From a virus (taxonomy: Duplodnaviria; Caudoviricetes), in the IMG/VR virus record IMGVR_UViG_3300032225_001651, positions 1 to 38,234 of that record: DNA of 38,234 nt; one strand, 5' to 3'. The stretch's first letter is position 1. Each line of letters begins with the position of its first letter. Shown here piece by piece: positions 1-8,323 of the stretch. The notes below the pieces were generated by a model. That model ran no database searches. It was not told the DNA's origin and saw only the letters and a list, made by a program, of their open reading frames with translations. A program made the translations under genes and the position numbers.

Positions 1-88
1 GTTGCCTGCATCTGATTTGTTCTGCCTCAAATTACCCAAGACTATGCCACTCAGAATCACAATAGAACTCATCCCTCGCGGCGACGAA
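1..88 (+). repeat. Terminal direct repeat, left copy (circularisation overlap)
   Basis: gttgcctgcatctg...ctcgcggcgacgaa identical to 38147-38234. Confidence 0.95.
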
Positions 89-370
89 TCGCGCAAACGG
101 AAGCTCGCCGTCGTTGATGTCGAGAATGATGGAACGGCTGGCGACGGTCGCGGCAACGGTGAAGTCGGCAACTACCGAGTTGAAGCCGCTGGAGACTGCG
201 GTGAAGCGGGATGGGACGACTTCGCGGCCTTCACCATCGGCCCTCTCCCGCGAGGAAACTACATCGACACTTGCGCCGAAGTGATGACCGCTCTGCACTC
301 GGCTCATTGCCCGCCCCCAGGATCTCGCATCGCAGGGCAGAACGTCAAAAATCAGGCACGCGACAAATGA
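44..370 (+). CDS. Hypothetical protein, ORF of integron-like cassette 1
   Basis: ATG at 44 within track ORF 2..370; lies between GTTCTGCC (19-26) and GGCAGAAC (336-343); C-terminus reads into the attC-like arm. Confidence 0.75.
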   Translation: MPLRITIELIPRGDESRKRKLAVVDVENDGTAGDGRGNGEVGNYRVEAAGDCGEAGWDDFAAFTIGPLPRGNYIDTCAEVMTALHSAHCPPPGSRIAGQNVKNQARDK

Positions 371-422
371 CGCCATTTCCCCCCATTGCTAGGCCGCGTT
401 GCCTGCATTTTTCTTGTTAGCC
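337..422 (-). other. attC-like recombination site B (86 bp)
   Basis: Minus strand: R'' GGCTAAC, AAGAAAA, L'' ATGCAGGC, AACGCG ... CGCGT, L' GCCTGAT, TTTTGAC, R' GTTCTGC; imperfect inverted repeat with two extra bases on the L'' arm. Confidence 0.8.
367..420 (+). CDS. 17-aa mini-ORF crossing the attC-like arm (MTPFPPIARPRCLHFSC)
   Basis: ATGA overlap with stop of 44..370; TAG stop lies in the GTTAG box. Confidence 0.35.
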   Translation: MTPFPPIARPRCLHFSC

Positions 423-452
423 CTTCCCTGAACTTCCAACCAACCTAAAGCC

Positions 453-701
453 ATGAAAATAAAAGCGACACAATCATACGAAAAGGAAAGAGACGAAACC
501 ATTACGCAATACGTCGAACGCTGCCTTGACGGTAGCGACTACGACAGCGGACAATTAGAGACAATTGCTCGAACTGGTGGCAACAATAGCCGCGCAATCA
601 GCAGGCTGATCGAAGTCCTCGCATCAAAAGGACTGCTTACGGCTCCTGAAATCACTGGCATCGTTGGCTGTGAAAACTTGCAGGCAAAATTCTTGTGCTA
701 A
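453..701 (+). CDS. Hypothetical protein, ORF of integron-like cassette 2
   Basis: 82-aa ORF between GTTAGCC (416-422) and GGCGAAC (742-748). Confidence 0.75.
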   Translation: MKIKATQSYEKERDETITQYVERCLDGSDYDSGQLETIARTGGNNSRAISRLIEVLASKGLLTAPEITGIVGCENLQAKFLC

Positions 702-741
702 ATCTGGCGTTTTGGAATCACGGGCGCAAACTGTTCGGAAT

Positions 742-761
742 GGCGAACAAAGCATTATCTG
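742..761 (-). other. attI-like simple site bounding the cassette array
   Basis: Minus strand CAGATAAT-GCTTT-GTTCGCC: L box, 5-bp spacer, GTT R box; same geometry as attI1 (CCCTAAA-ACAAA-GTT). Confidence 0.6.
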
Positions 762-802
762 ATTCATATGAGAATTAGGCGAAGATTAGCATCTTTGCAG
801 AT

Positions 803-832
803 TTGCCTACCCATTGACTCTACGTGTATAAT
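803..832 (+). promoter_or_regulatory. Candidate sigma70-type promoter upstream of terS
   Basis: TTGCCT (803-808), 18 bp, TATAAT (827-832), followed directly by CGAGGAAACAATTA. Confidence 0.45.
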
Positions 833-848
833 CGAGGAAACAATTACC

Positions 849-1217
849 ATGCCAGCACTCAAGAACACACGTCACGAAGCTTTTGCACAAGCAAAGGCCA
901 AGGGCATGTCATCAAGTGAAGCTTACGAAAAGGCAGGGTATGCAAAAGACATAGCTCATGCCGCTAGATTGGCCTCAAAAGGCACTGTTAAGGCCAGAAT
1001 TGAGGAATTACAGGCCAAGATTGAGACTGAATTCGTGTTAACTCGCATGGAATGGCTCAACGAACTCAGGGATATTGCCACAAAAGCCAAGAAGGATTCT
1101 GATTACTCGGCTGCTAGAGGTGCATTGAGAGAGATTGGCCTAGCAATGCCGGGGTGGTATTCGCCAGAAAAGAACGAAGTGGACGGAAAGCTTGAAATTG
1201 TAATCAAGAAATTGTGA
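849..1217 (+). CDS. terS: Terminase small subunit
   Basis: LKNTRHEAFAQ...AYEKAGY...AARL...VKARIEEL N-terminal pattern; overlaps terL start; ATG 849 preferred over 768. Confidence 0.85.
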   Translation: MPALKNTRHEAFAQAKAKGMSSSEAYEKAGYAKDIAHAARLASKGTVKARIEELQAKIETEFVLTRMEWLNELRDIATKAKKDSDYSAARGALREIGLAMPGWYSPEKNEVDGKLEIVIKKL

Positions 1218-2560
1218 CCATCGAACTACCCCATCGTTTCAGTCCTCGCCCATACCAGCTACCAGCATGGCGGGCTATGGACGATATGAAGCGCGTTCTC
1301 ACGGTCTGGCATCGGCGGTGCGGAAAGGACAAGACGTATTTCAACAAACTGATTTGCCGCGCTGCTGAGACAACAGCGAACTATGCCTACTATTTCCCAA
1401 CGGCTACGCTAGGGCGGAAAGCTCTTTGGAAGAATGTAGACGTGGTGAACGGGTTGCGAGTCATCGACCACATACCAAAGGGATTGCTCGCGAAGAATCC
1501 GAACGAAACCAATATGATGATTGAGCTTATCAACGGCTCAACCATTCAGGTTCTTGGGACAGACAACCTTGATGTGGTCGGTGGTAACTTCTACGGGGTC
1601 ATTTTCTCGGAGTATCAGAACCAAAACCCGATGGCGTGGGATCTCACGCGGCCCATCTTGGCGGAAAATGGCGGTTTTGCATGGTTTAACGGCACGCCGC
1701 GAGGAGAGAATCATTTCTATGACCTCCTCAACACTAACTCGAACAATCCTACTTGGTTCACTCAAGTCTTAACCTGCGACGACACGAAGGCTATCAGCGT
1801 AGCCGACATCGAGGAAGAACGGCGCTCTGGCATGAGTGAAGCCATGATCCGGCAAGAGTTCTATTGTGATTTCTCCGTTCCGAATGAGCGCGCAATTTAT
1901 GGCCGATTCCTAAACAAAGCAGTGGCAGAACAGAGGCTCGGGCCGTTTCCGGTGGATGGTAGAGCGCCTGTTCATACGTGCTGGGACTTGGGCGGGCCAC
2001 TAAACACCGTGGTTTGGTATTTCCAGTGCTTACCCTACGGTGTCACTCGGTTTGTAGATTGCGATTACGGTCTTAACCTCACGCTAACCGAACGTTACGC
2101 GCACATGATGGCTAAAGGCTATTCTTATGGACGCCACTACTTGCCGCATGATGCACGCCAGACAGCGCGGACAGGTCGGACATTTGAGCAAGACGCGAAG
2201 GAAGCAGGCTTTAAAAGCATCATGGTCGTTCCTCCTGTTGCTGCGGTAGGGCAGGGGATTGATTACGTTTGTGAGCTATTCCCCACGTTCGAGTTTAGGA
2301 TTCCAGCATGTGAAATCGGAATCAAAGGGCTGAAGGCTTACGAGTGGGCACCCGTGAACGTAAACGGGTTGATAAGGAATGAACCCTTGCACACTTGGGC
2401 TAGTCACATCTCCGATGCACTGCGCACGATGGCAGAGGCTACCAAGCACGGTCTGGTTGATCGTGGTGGACTTACGACAGCTACCCATTTCCCTAGCCGT
2501 GCTTTAACAGGCTTCGGCGGATCGAACAGCAAACCTATGGAAATCAAAATCAGAAGATGA
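1214..2560 (+). CDS. terL: Terminase large subunit
   Basis: PRPYQ, Walker A WHRRCGKD, Walker B VIFSEY, GTPRG, nuclease motifs WDLG, YLPHD, SHISDALR. Confidence 0.95.
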   Translation: MTIELPHRFSPRPYQLPAWRAMDDMKRVLTVWHRRCGKDKTYFNKLICRAAETTANYAYYFPTATLGRKALWKNVDVVNGLRVIDHIPKGLLAKNPNETNMMIELINGSTIQVLGTDNLDVVGGNFYGVIFSEYQNQNPMAWDLTRPILAENGGFAWFNGTPRGENHFYDLLNTNSNNPTWFTQVLTCDDTKAISVADIEEERRSGMSEAMIRQEFYCDFSVPNERAIYGRFLNKAVAEQRLGPFPVDGRAPVHTCWDLGGPLNTVVWYFQCLPYGVTRFVDCDYGLNLTLTERYAHMMAKGYSYGRHYLPHDARQTARTGRTFEQDAKEAGFKSIMVVPPVAAVGQGIDYVCELFPTFEFRIPACEIGIKGLKAYEWAPVNVNGLIRNEPLHTWASHISDALRTMAEATKHGLVDRGGLTTATHFPSRALTGFGGSNSKPMEIKIRR

Positions 2561-2928
2561 CACCGATTCAGAAAGCGAAGCTCATGTATGAAGCATTGCC
2601 AAGACGTAGCTTCTGGCAGGACGTGAACACGCTCACGCATGACGGTTATGTTGTCAGCACGCCTGAGCTGTTTTTGATGGCGTTTGCGGTGAAGAGCGAA
2701 GACTTTGATAATGACCCTATCCAACTAATGCACCGTGACCCAAACGGCGACACTTGGTTTGTCTGGTGCCTCGTTGGATCTCTGCAACAAGCACTTCGCA
2801 TGATTCCACACCCGAAAAAATACATTGGCTTTGCGCGGCGTGGTGTGTTAAGACTACATGAATTCGAGGAAACAACTAGATTATGCGCTCGCTCACCACT
2901 CTCTGGCCTCCGGTTGATCTTGTCCTAA
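2557..2928 (+). CDS. Hypothetical phage protein
   Basis: 123-aa ORF coupled by ATGA to terL. Confidence 0.7.
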   Translation: MTPIQKAKLMYEALPRRSFWQDVNTLTHDGYVVSTPELFLMAFAVKSEDFDNDPIQLMHRDPNGDTWFVWCLVGSLQQALRMIPHPKKYIGFARRGVLRLHEFEETTRLCARSPLSGLRLILS

Positions 2929-3299
2929 ACTTCGGCGGGGGCGGCGGCGGGCCATCGGCTGAAGCGCTGGCCAAGCAGTCGGCGGAACAAAAAAAAGCGC
3001 AACGCCTAGCGCAAATGCAAGCGGATAGACAAGCAGGATTGCAGGAAAAGCAGTTAGCCGCGCAACAAAAGATGCTCATGGACTCTATCGAGTCCGCTCC
3101 TGAAGCTGTCACGACTCCGCCCCCGCCATCGGCTCAAACGTCCAGTGACATCGAAGACGCCAGCCAGCTAGCACGACAGGCAGCGGGTAAACGGTTTGGC
3201 CTGGGCAAAACTACCTTTGCGGGTGGAACAGGCGGCTACATGGCAGGCGCAACGCCGCTAGGCTCAAGCAATGCGGGCGGACGTCCTCAACTCGGATAA
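2883..3299 (+). CDS. Small virion-associated protein upstream of portal
   Basis: FGGGGGG N-terminus, Gln/Ala/Pro-rich, ends QLG; position typical of podovirus pre-portal genes. Confidence 0.65.
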   Translation: MRSLTTLWPPVDLVLNFGGGGGGPSAEALAKQSAEQKKAQRLAQMQADRQAGLQEKQLAAQQKMLMDSIESAPEAVTTPPPPSAQTSSDIEDASQLARQAAGKRFGLGKTTFAGGTGGYMAGATPLGSSNAGGRPQLG

Positions 3300-3302
3300 C
3301 CT

Positions 3303-5000
3303 ATGAACGAGATTCCAGCCAACGAAGCAACAGACCCGTCAGAAAAAGCCCTCGTTGATGGCGTCATGCGTCGATGGGACAGGGCGAAAGCTGAACGTTC
3401 TACGTGGTTGGCTCTCTGGAATGAGATGGCGAAATATGTTCGTCCCTCGGTTGATCCTGTTTTGCGGAGTGTCACGAACAACTACACGCCTAAGCTCACA
3501 GGCTTTGAACAACTCTTCGACTCTACGGCTATTCAAGCAAATCTTGTGCTGGCTTCTGGCACAATGGCACGCCTTACGCCTGCGCAAACCCCGTGGTTTC
3601 GCTTTGATCCTCCGCAACATCTACGCCAAAGCGACGCTGCAAAGCTCTGGTATCACGAATGCACAGAGATTGCGATTGAGGCTCTGGCAGTGAGCAACTT
3701 CTATACTGAGCTTCACAACCTCTATCTGGATCGTGGCGCGTTCGGTTCTGGCTGCTTCCATTGTGATTCCGGCCATGATGTGCCGCTCTGGTTCAAGACG
3801 AACGATCTTGGAACATTCAGCTACATGAACGGGGCGGACGGTCGCGTTGATACCGTGTTCCGCGAAATGCGCTTCGATGCGCGTGAAGCTGCACAGGAAT
3901 ATGGCGAGGAATCGTTACCTGAGTCACTGCAAAAGGAGCTAAAAGAAACATCGAGCAATTTCACGCATAAACATGATTTTGTTCACTGCATCCTGCCACG
4001 CACTGACATCAATCAGGCGAAGATGGACGCTAAGAACATGCCGATCGCGTCCATTCACATCCACGTCAAGACGCGGCAGATTGTGCGCAATTCGGGCTAT
4101 GCGGAAATGCCTACGTTTGGAAGTCGCTATCTCCGATGGGGTGACGCTTCCTATGGGTTCTGTCCTGCATGGCAAGCGTTGCCTGACATGCGGCAAAACA
4201 ACGATGTCAACCGCTTCGTGGATGTGCTCGCAGAAATTGCGGCGTTTCCTCGCATCCTGGCTCCACATGACTTTGACGGCGAAATAGATTTACGTTCCTC
4301 CGGCGTGACACCGTTTAAGAGTGTTCAAGACGTTCCTAGAGAGTGGGCAACCTCTGGCAAATACGACATTGCAGAAGCACGCATCAGATACCGAGAACAA
4401 AAGATCAACCAAGCTTTCCACGTCGAGCTATTCCAGCAATGGCAGGCCACAACTCGCGAAATGACAGCCGCAGAGGTGAATGCGCGTGAACTTGAGAAGA
4501 TCGAGCTTTTCAGCCCTACATTCACCTTGCTAACGACTGAGCTTTACGGCCCTCTCCTGCGTCGCGTGTTCTCGCTGCTCTTGCGCCAAGGTTGTTTCTC
4601 TCCACCTCCACAGGAAGCGCTCTATCAAAACCATCGTGGACGCTGGAGCATTCCAGATCCAAAGATTGAATACACATCACGCCTTGCCTTGGCGCTGCAT
4701 TCCGTTCGTTCCTACGCTCTCGACAAGGCAGTTGCGCGCATTGCTCAAATGTCCGGTTTCAATCCGCAAGTCGGAGACAATCTGAATTGGGATAAAGCCT
4801 TCAGAGACGCCACGATGGACGACGGTTTGCCTGCTGATTGGATGCCGGATGAAGACAGCGTTGCTAAAGCCCGCGACTCACGCGCACAGCAACAGGCTCA
4901 ACAAGTGCAGATTGGTCAAGCGCATCAGCTCGCAGACTCGGCTAGCAAGTTGGCACAGTCTGGACTCATCCCGCAACTTCCTAAGCAAGCACAGCAATGA
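3303..5000 (+). CDS. Portal (head-tail connector), T7 gp8/BPP-1 type
   Basis: 565 aa; LFDSTAIQA, SNFY, AFGSG, YGFCPA, MTAAEVNAR motifs; Gln-rich tail. Confidence 0.93.
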   Translation: MNEIPANEATDPSEKALVDGVMRRWDRAKAERSTWLALWNEMAKYVRPSVDPVLRSVTNNYTPKLTGFEQLFDSTAIQANLVLASGTMARLTPAQTPWFRFDPPQHLRQSDAAKLWYHECTEIAIEALAVSNFYTELHNLYLDRGAFGSGCFHCDSGHDVPLWFKTNDLGTFSYMNGADGRVDTVFREMRFDAREAAQEYGEESLPESLQKELKETSSNFTHKHDFVHCILPRTDINQAKMDAKNMPIASIHIHVKTRQIVRNSGYAEMPTFGSRYLRWGDASYGFCPAWQALPDMRQNNDVNRFVDVLAEIAAFPRILAPHDFDGEIDLRSSGVTPFKSVQDVPREWATSGKYDIAEARIRYREQKINQAFHVELFQQWQATTREMTAAEVNARELEKIELFSPTFTLLTTELYGPLLRRVFSLLLRQGCFSPPPQEALYQNHRGRWSIPDPKIEYTSRLALALHSVRSYALDKAVARIAQMSGFNPQVGDNLNWDKAFRDATMDDGLPADWMPDEDSVAKARDSRAQQQAQQVQIGQAHQLADSASKLAQSGLIPQLPKQAQQ

Positions 5001-5242
5001 CCTTCGAGGAGCGAGCAGCGGGCTTGAAACCCGAAGAAATCAACGCCTTCCGTGTGGCGTGTCAAACCGTCTTTGATTCTCCTCAAGGGCGGATGGTTCT
5101 GTCTCGCCTTGTGGGTGCTGCACATCCAATGATGCAAGTCGAAGGCATGACAGCCCATCAGCACGGACAATGCGAAGTCGTGGCCTGCATCTGGCGCTTC
5201 GCTGCACTTTCCACAACAGACATTCAACCACCAAAACCATAA
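4997..5242 (+). CDS. Bbp19-like small protein
   Basis: VFDSPQGRMVL...HGQCEVV pattern, directly after portal. Confidence 0.6.
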   Translation: MTFEERAAGLKPEEINAFRVACQTVFDSPQGRMVLSRLVGAAHPMMQVEGMTAHQHGQCEVVACIWRFAALSTTDIQPPKP

Positions 5243-5246
5243 TTAT

Positions 5247-5633
5247 ATGATCCTACTCAAAGGCAACGCCGTGTATCGTGACAGTGAGGAAATCGGGATT
5301 TACAATCCTGAAGATGGAATCTGCACTCTGACAGATAAGCAAGCCCCAGCTATTAAGGGGCAGATTCGACAGGCTGTTGAAGCGGCTGAACTTTCATTCA
5401 AGGGCTTCGCTTTGTTAGACAGCACTGAAGCTGACAATAGCGAGCAGGGCGAAACAAGCGAGCCTCTGACAAGTGGCGAAGTGGGCGACAAACCAGAAAT
5501 CCCGCCTTGTCCTGAGCAAGACCCGCAGTTCGGAGACTTAACGCCTTCCGTGGTTGAATGGTATCACGAATACCAGCCCGAAGAATACAAGGCCCGTTAC
5601 GTGGATCGTGAACGCAAAACCCATCTTGATTAA
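5247..5633 (+). CDS. Hypothetical acidic phage protein
   Basis: 128-aa ORF tightly packed in the head operon. Confidence 0.7.
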   Translation: MILLKGNAVYRDSEEIGIYNPEDGICTLTDKQAPAIKGQIRQAVEAAELSFKGFALLDSTEADNSEQGETSEPLTSGEVGDKPEIPPCPEQDPQFGDLTPSVVEWYHEYQPEEYKARYVDRERKTHLD

Positions 5634-5636
5634 TCC

Positions 5637-6611
5637 ATGAAATTCTATCTTCCCTTTCTCCAAGATGAAGCTGGCGACGGTTCCGGTTCTGGTGGTGCTG
5701 CTGCTACCAGCGGCGACGGTGCCGCCTCCAGCGCCTCGGCTGCTGCTGCCACGGCTGCAAGTAGCCTATCCACTGACGGCACGGCGGGCGCGGGCGCTGG
5801 TCAAAGTTCTGCTTCATGGTTGAAACCTGATTACACTTTCGAGGACGGTTGGCAGAATAGCTTGCCTGACGACAAGTTTGGGGATCTCAAGCCGACGCTG
5901 GCCAATTTCCGCGATTTCCCATCATTGGCGAAGTCGCTCAAAGAGTCTATGACGGCAGCACGGGCGCGGACTGACGGGATGGTCAAGCTTCCGGTTCCTC
6001 CGGCAGCGAATGCCAAGCCAGAAACGCAAGCGGCCTATGCTGCTGAGTTGGCAGCGTTCAACAAGGCTCTCGGTGTGCCTGAGAAACCAGAGGACTACGG
6101 CCTGAAAGCTCCCGATAAGATGCCAGATGGTGTCACATGGAACGAGGGCCACGCTAAAGAGTTTGCGGGCCTCGCTCACAAGATCGGCCTGAACCCGTCA
6201 CAGGTGAAGGCACTGCATGATTTTCAAATGGGGCTGACGACTCAATCCTATCAGGATTTCCAAAAACAACAGCAAGAGCACGAAGCCGCGCAAGACAAGG
6301 AAATCATGGAAGCGTTCGGCGCTCAAGCTGACCGTAAGATGATCGACGTGCAACGCGCTGCCGCTACGTTCTCGCCTACGGGCAAGGTGCCAGAGACACG
6401 GGCGGAAATGTTTAAGATGCTGGCTGCTGTTACAGCAGGCATGAGTGAAGACAAGCTTATCTCTTCGGCTCAAGTCACCAACAAGCTAGGGCCTGAAGCA
6501 ATGGCAACGGAAGAAATGCACAGCGAAGCCTATAGAAACCCCGGACATCCGCGACACAAAGAAGCCGTGGCGCGGGTAAATACACTCATGCAACAGGCTT
6601 ACCCCAACTAA
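5637..6611 (+). CDS. Capsid scaffolding protein
   Basis: Low-complexity N-terminus, LGVPEKPEDY, AHKIGLNPSQ, AYRNPGHPRH..AVARV C-terminus; upstream of capsid gene. Confidence 0.85.
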   Translation: MKFYLPFLQDEAGDGSGSGGAAATSGDGAASSASAAAATAASSLSTDGTAGAGAGQSSASWLKPDYTFEDGWQNSLPDDKFGDLKPTLANFRDFPSLAKSLKESMTAARARTDGMVKLPVPPAANAKPETQAAYAAELAAFNKALGVPEKPEDYGLKAPDKMPDGVTWNEGHAKEFAGLAHKIGLNPSQVKALHDFQMGLTTQSYQDFQKQQQEHEAAQDKEIMEAFGAQADRKMIDVQRAAATFSPTGKVPETRAEMFKMLAAVTAGMSEDKLISSAQVTNKLGPEAMATEEMHSEAYRNPGHPRHKEAVARVNTLMQQAYPN

Positions 6612-6650
6612 TTTCCGTGATACTCTGGGAGGTGTCCCACGGTCAAAGAG

Positions 6651-6680
6651 GCGTTATCGGGATTCCGATAACGCTTTTTT
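6651..6680 (+). terminator. Intrinsic terminator after scaffold gene
   Basis: GCGTTATCGG-GATT-CCGATAACGC perfect 10-bp stem followed by T6. Confidence 0.85.
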
Positions 6681-6682
6681 AT

Positions 6683-6710
6683 TTGCGCAAATCGAGGAAA
6701 CAACTATTAT
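6683..6710 (+). promoter_or_regulatory. Candidate capsid promoter with CGAGGAAACAA box in the spacer
   Basis: TTGCGC-AAATCGAGGAAACAAC-TATTAT (16-bp spacer), immediately after the terminator; same architecture at 22310-22337. Confidence 0.6.
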
Positions 6711-6834
6711 AGCAGTAGCCATAAGCTGAGACCCCACGATTGGGACTATTGAAGCGGGCGCGTCGCACTTCTGACCCGCATTCGCGGCTTATCGGGAAAA
6801 GACGGATTCAACCAAAATCCAATTCTCTTTTTCT

Positions 6835-7764
6835 ATGGGTAATCTACAGATTCCAGAGTTTGCCGTCCGCACTTTCGATAAGCGGTGGGAACTCGTTACA
6901 CAGCAAATGACATCGAAGCTGCGCGACAAGTGCACCGTCGATGAATTCGAGGGCAAGCAAAAGGTTTACAATGACCTCAACACGCTTGCATGGCAGGAAG
7001 ACACAACCCGCTTTGGCGATTCAAACCCGCAAGAAGTAACTGGAGATAAGCGCGTCCTCACCAAGCGCAACTTCTCTTGTATGGCGTTGTTCGACCGTAA
7101 CGACACCAACTACATCGTTAAGGAACTCACTACCCCCGGCAGTGATACCGAAATGGCGATGCAAGCTTCGTGGTCGCGCAGTGTCGATGACCTCATCATT
7201 GCAGGCGCAAGTGGAACTGTTTACGGTGGCGCTGAACCCTACGTGACTCCAATCACGTTGCCGGGTAATCGCTCCATTGCGGTCAACTACGTGCCTACAG
7301 GCTCGCCAACTAACTCGGGTTTGACGATTGCCAAGATTCGCAGTCTTGCCAAGCAGTTCGAACTTGATGACGTGATGATGGGTGAAAACACTATCTCTGG
7401 CGCTGATCCAATGTGCGTTTACCTCGCTATCGGTCCGAAGCAGAAAGAAAACCTTCTCGCTTACGTCGATAGCGCACCGAACGCACCGTTCGCAACCATG
7501 ATTGGCGACGCCATGATGGGTAAAGGTCTGCTGTTCGGGTTCAAGGTGGTTATCACAAACCGCCTGCAATACGCCAGCAACATTCGCACTTGCCTTGCTT
7601 GGTCCCCTATGGGCGTCAAGATCGTGCCTGACAAGTATGAAATCAACGTCGACCGCTTGGCCGAAAAGAAACACGCTATCCAACTCGCGGCCTACACCAC
7701 GTTTGGAACGATGCGCCGTTTCGAGAAGCATGTGGGTCAAATCTACTGCGACGAATCCGTCTAA
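6835..7764 (+). CDS. Major capsid protein
   Basis: 309 aa; QQMTSKLR, FGFKVVITNRL, C-terminal FGTMRRFEKHVGQIYCDE typical of podovirus capsids; synteny. Confidence 0.9.
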   Translation: MGNLQIPEFAVRTFDKRWELVTQQMTSKLRDKCTVDEFEGKQKVYNDLNTLAWQEDTTRFGDSNPQEVTGDKRVLTKRNFSCMALFDRNDTNYIVKELTTPGSDTEMAMQASWSRSVDDLIIAGASGTVYGGAEPYVTPITLPGNRSIAVNYVPTGSPTNSGLTIAKIRSLAKQFELDDVMMGENTISGADPMCVYLAIGPKQKENLLAYVDSAPNAPFATMIGDAMMGKGLLFGFKVVITNRLQYASNIRTCLAWSPMGVKIVPDKYEINVDRLAEKKHAIQLAAYTTFGTMRRFEKHVGQIYCDESV

Positions 7765-7793
7765 ACCCTGAACAGAAAGGATAAGTCAATCTT

Positions 7794-8306
7794 ATGGCTA
7801 CTTACAAAACAGACTTCGCCACGGCTCAAGACAACGTTGGTATCACACGGCAGCTTAACCCTTCCGCACGCGATACCACGCAAGAAACGAACGTGGCCGT
7901 ATTCACCTTCACTCTTACGGCGGCTTTGGTGGCTGGCGACATTCTCAAGTTGGGCAAGCTCAACATTGATAACGTCGTGGTCATTCCAGAAAGCTGCAAG
8001 ATTGTAGGTTCAAGCGGAACGGCTAAGTTCAACGCTAAACTCCAGTCGGTAACGGCTGGCGCAACGGCGGTGGATGAAAGCTTGGCTGCTACCTATGACG
8101 GCACAGGCGGCACGAAGTATATTGCCTTGGCACGTCTTGCCAGCGGCTTGAACACTTCGCTTGTTGCTGGCACAGCCGACAATGCAGGCGGCACAACTGG
8201 AAGCTATCTCCAGCTTCTGATTGCTACCGTGGCCAGCTTCAATGGTGGGGCCATTGGTGACACTCTCCAAATCGAAATCGCTTACCGTTCCCGTCTCTCT
8301 TACTAA
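7794..8306 (+). CDS. Putative capsid decoration/minor structural protein
   Basis: Beta-rich, Thr/Ala/Gly-rich, 170 aa, directly after the capsid gene and before a terminator. Confidence 0.6.
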   Translation: MATYKTDFATAQDNVGITRQLNPSARDTTQETNVAVFTFTLTAALVAGDILKLGKLNIDNVVVIPESCKIVGSSGTAKFNAKLQSVTAGATAVDESLAATYDGTGGTKYIALARLASGLNTSLVAGTADNAGGTTGSYLQLLIATVASFNGGAIGDTLQIEIAYRSRLSY

Positions 8307-8323
8307 GAGATTCAACCCTCAAC

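Noticed and set aside
695-738. Third attC (GTGCTAAA...GTTCGG)
   Set aside because: Lacks the AAC triplet and L boxes, and internal pairing is weak; at most a remnant.
833-847. CGAGGAAACAA as merely a Shine-Dalgarno sequence
   Set aside because: Contains GAGG, but conservation extends 11-18 bp and several copies lie in promoter spacers or inside coding regions.
768-848. Track N-terminal extensions (also 2, 8343, 12415, 29179, 30653, 32711, 36588)
   Set aside because: They overlap promoters, terminators or upstream genes; downstream ATGs fit gene packing and family N-termini better.
7021-7740. 239-aa antisense ORF and other long minus-strand ORFs over structural genes
   Set aside because: Shadows of well-supported plus-strand genes with no recognisable motifs.
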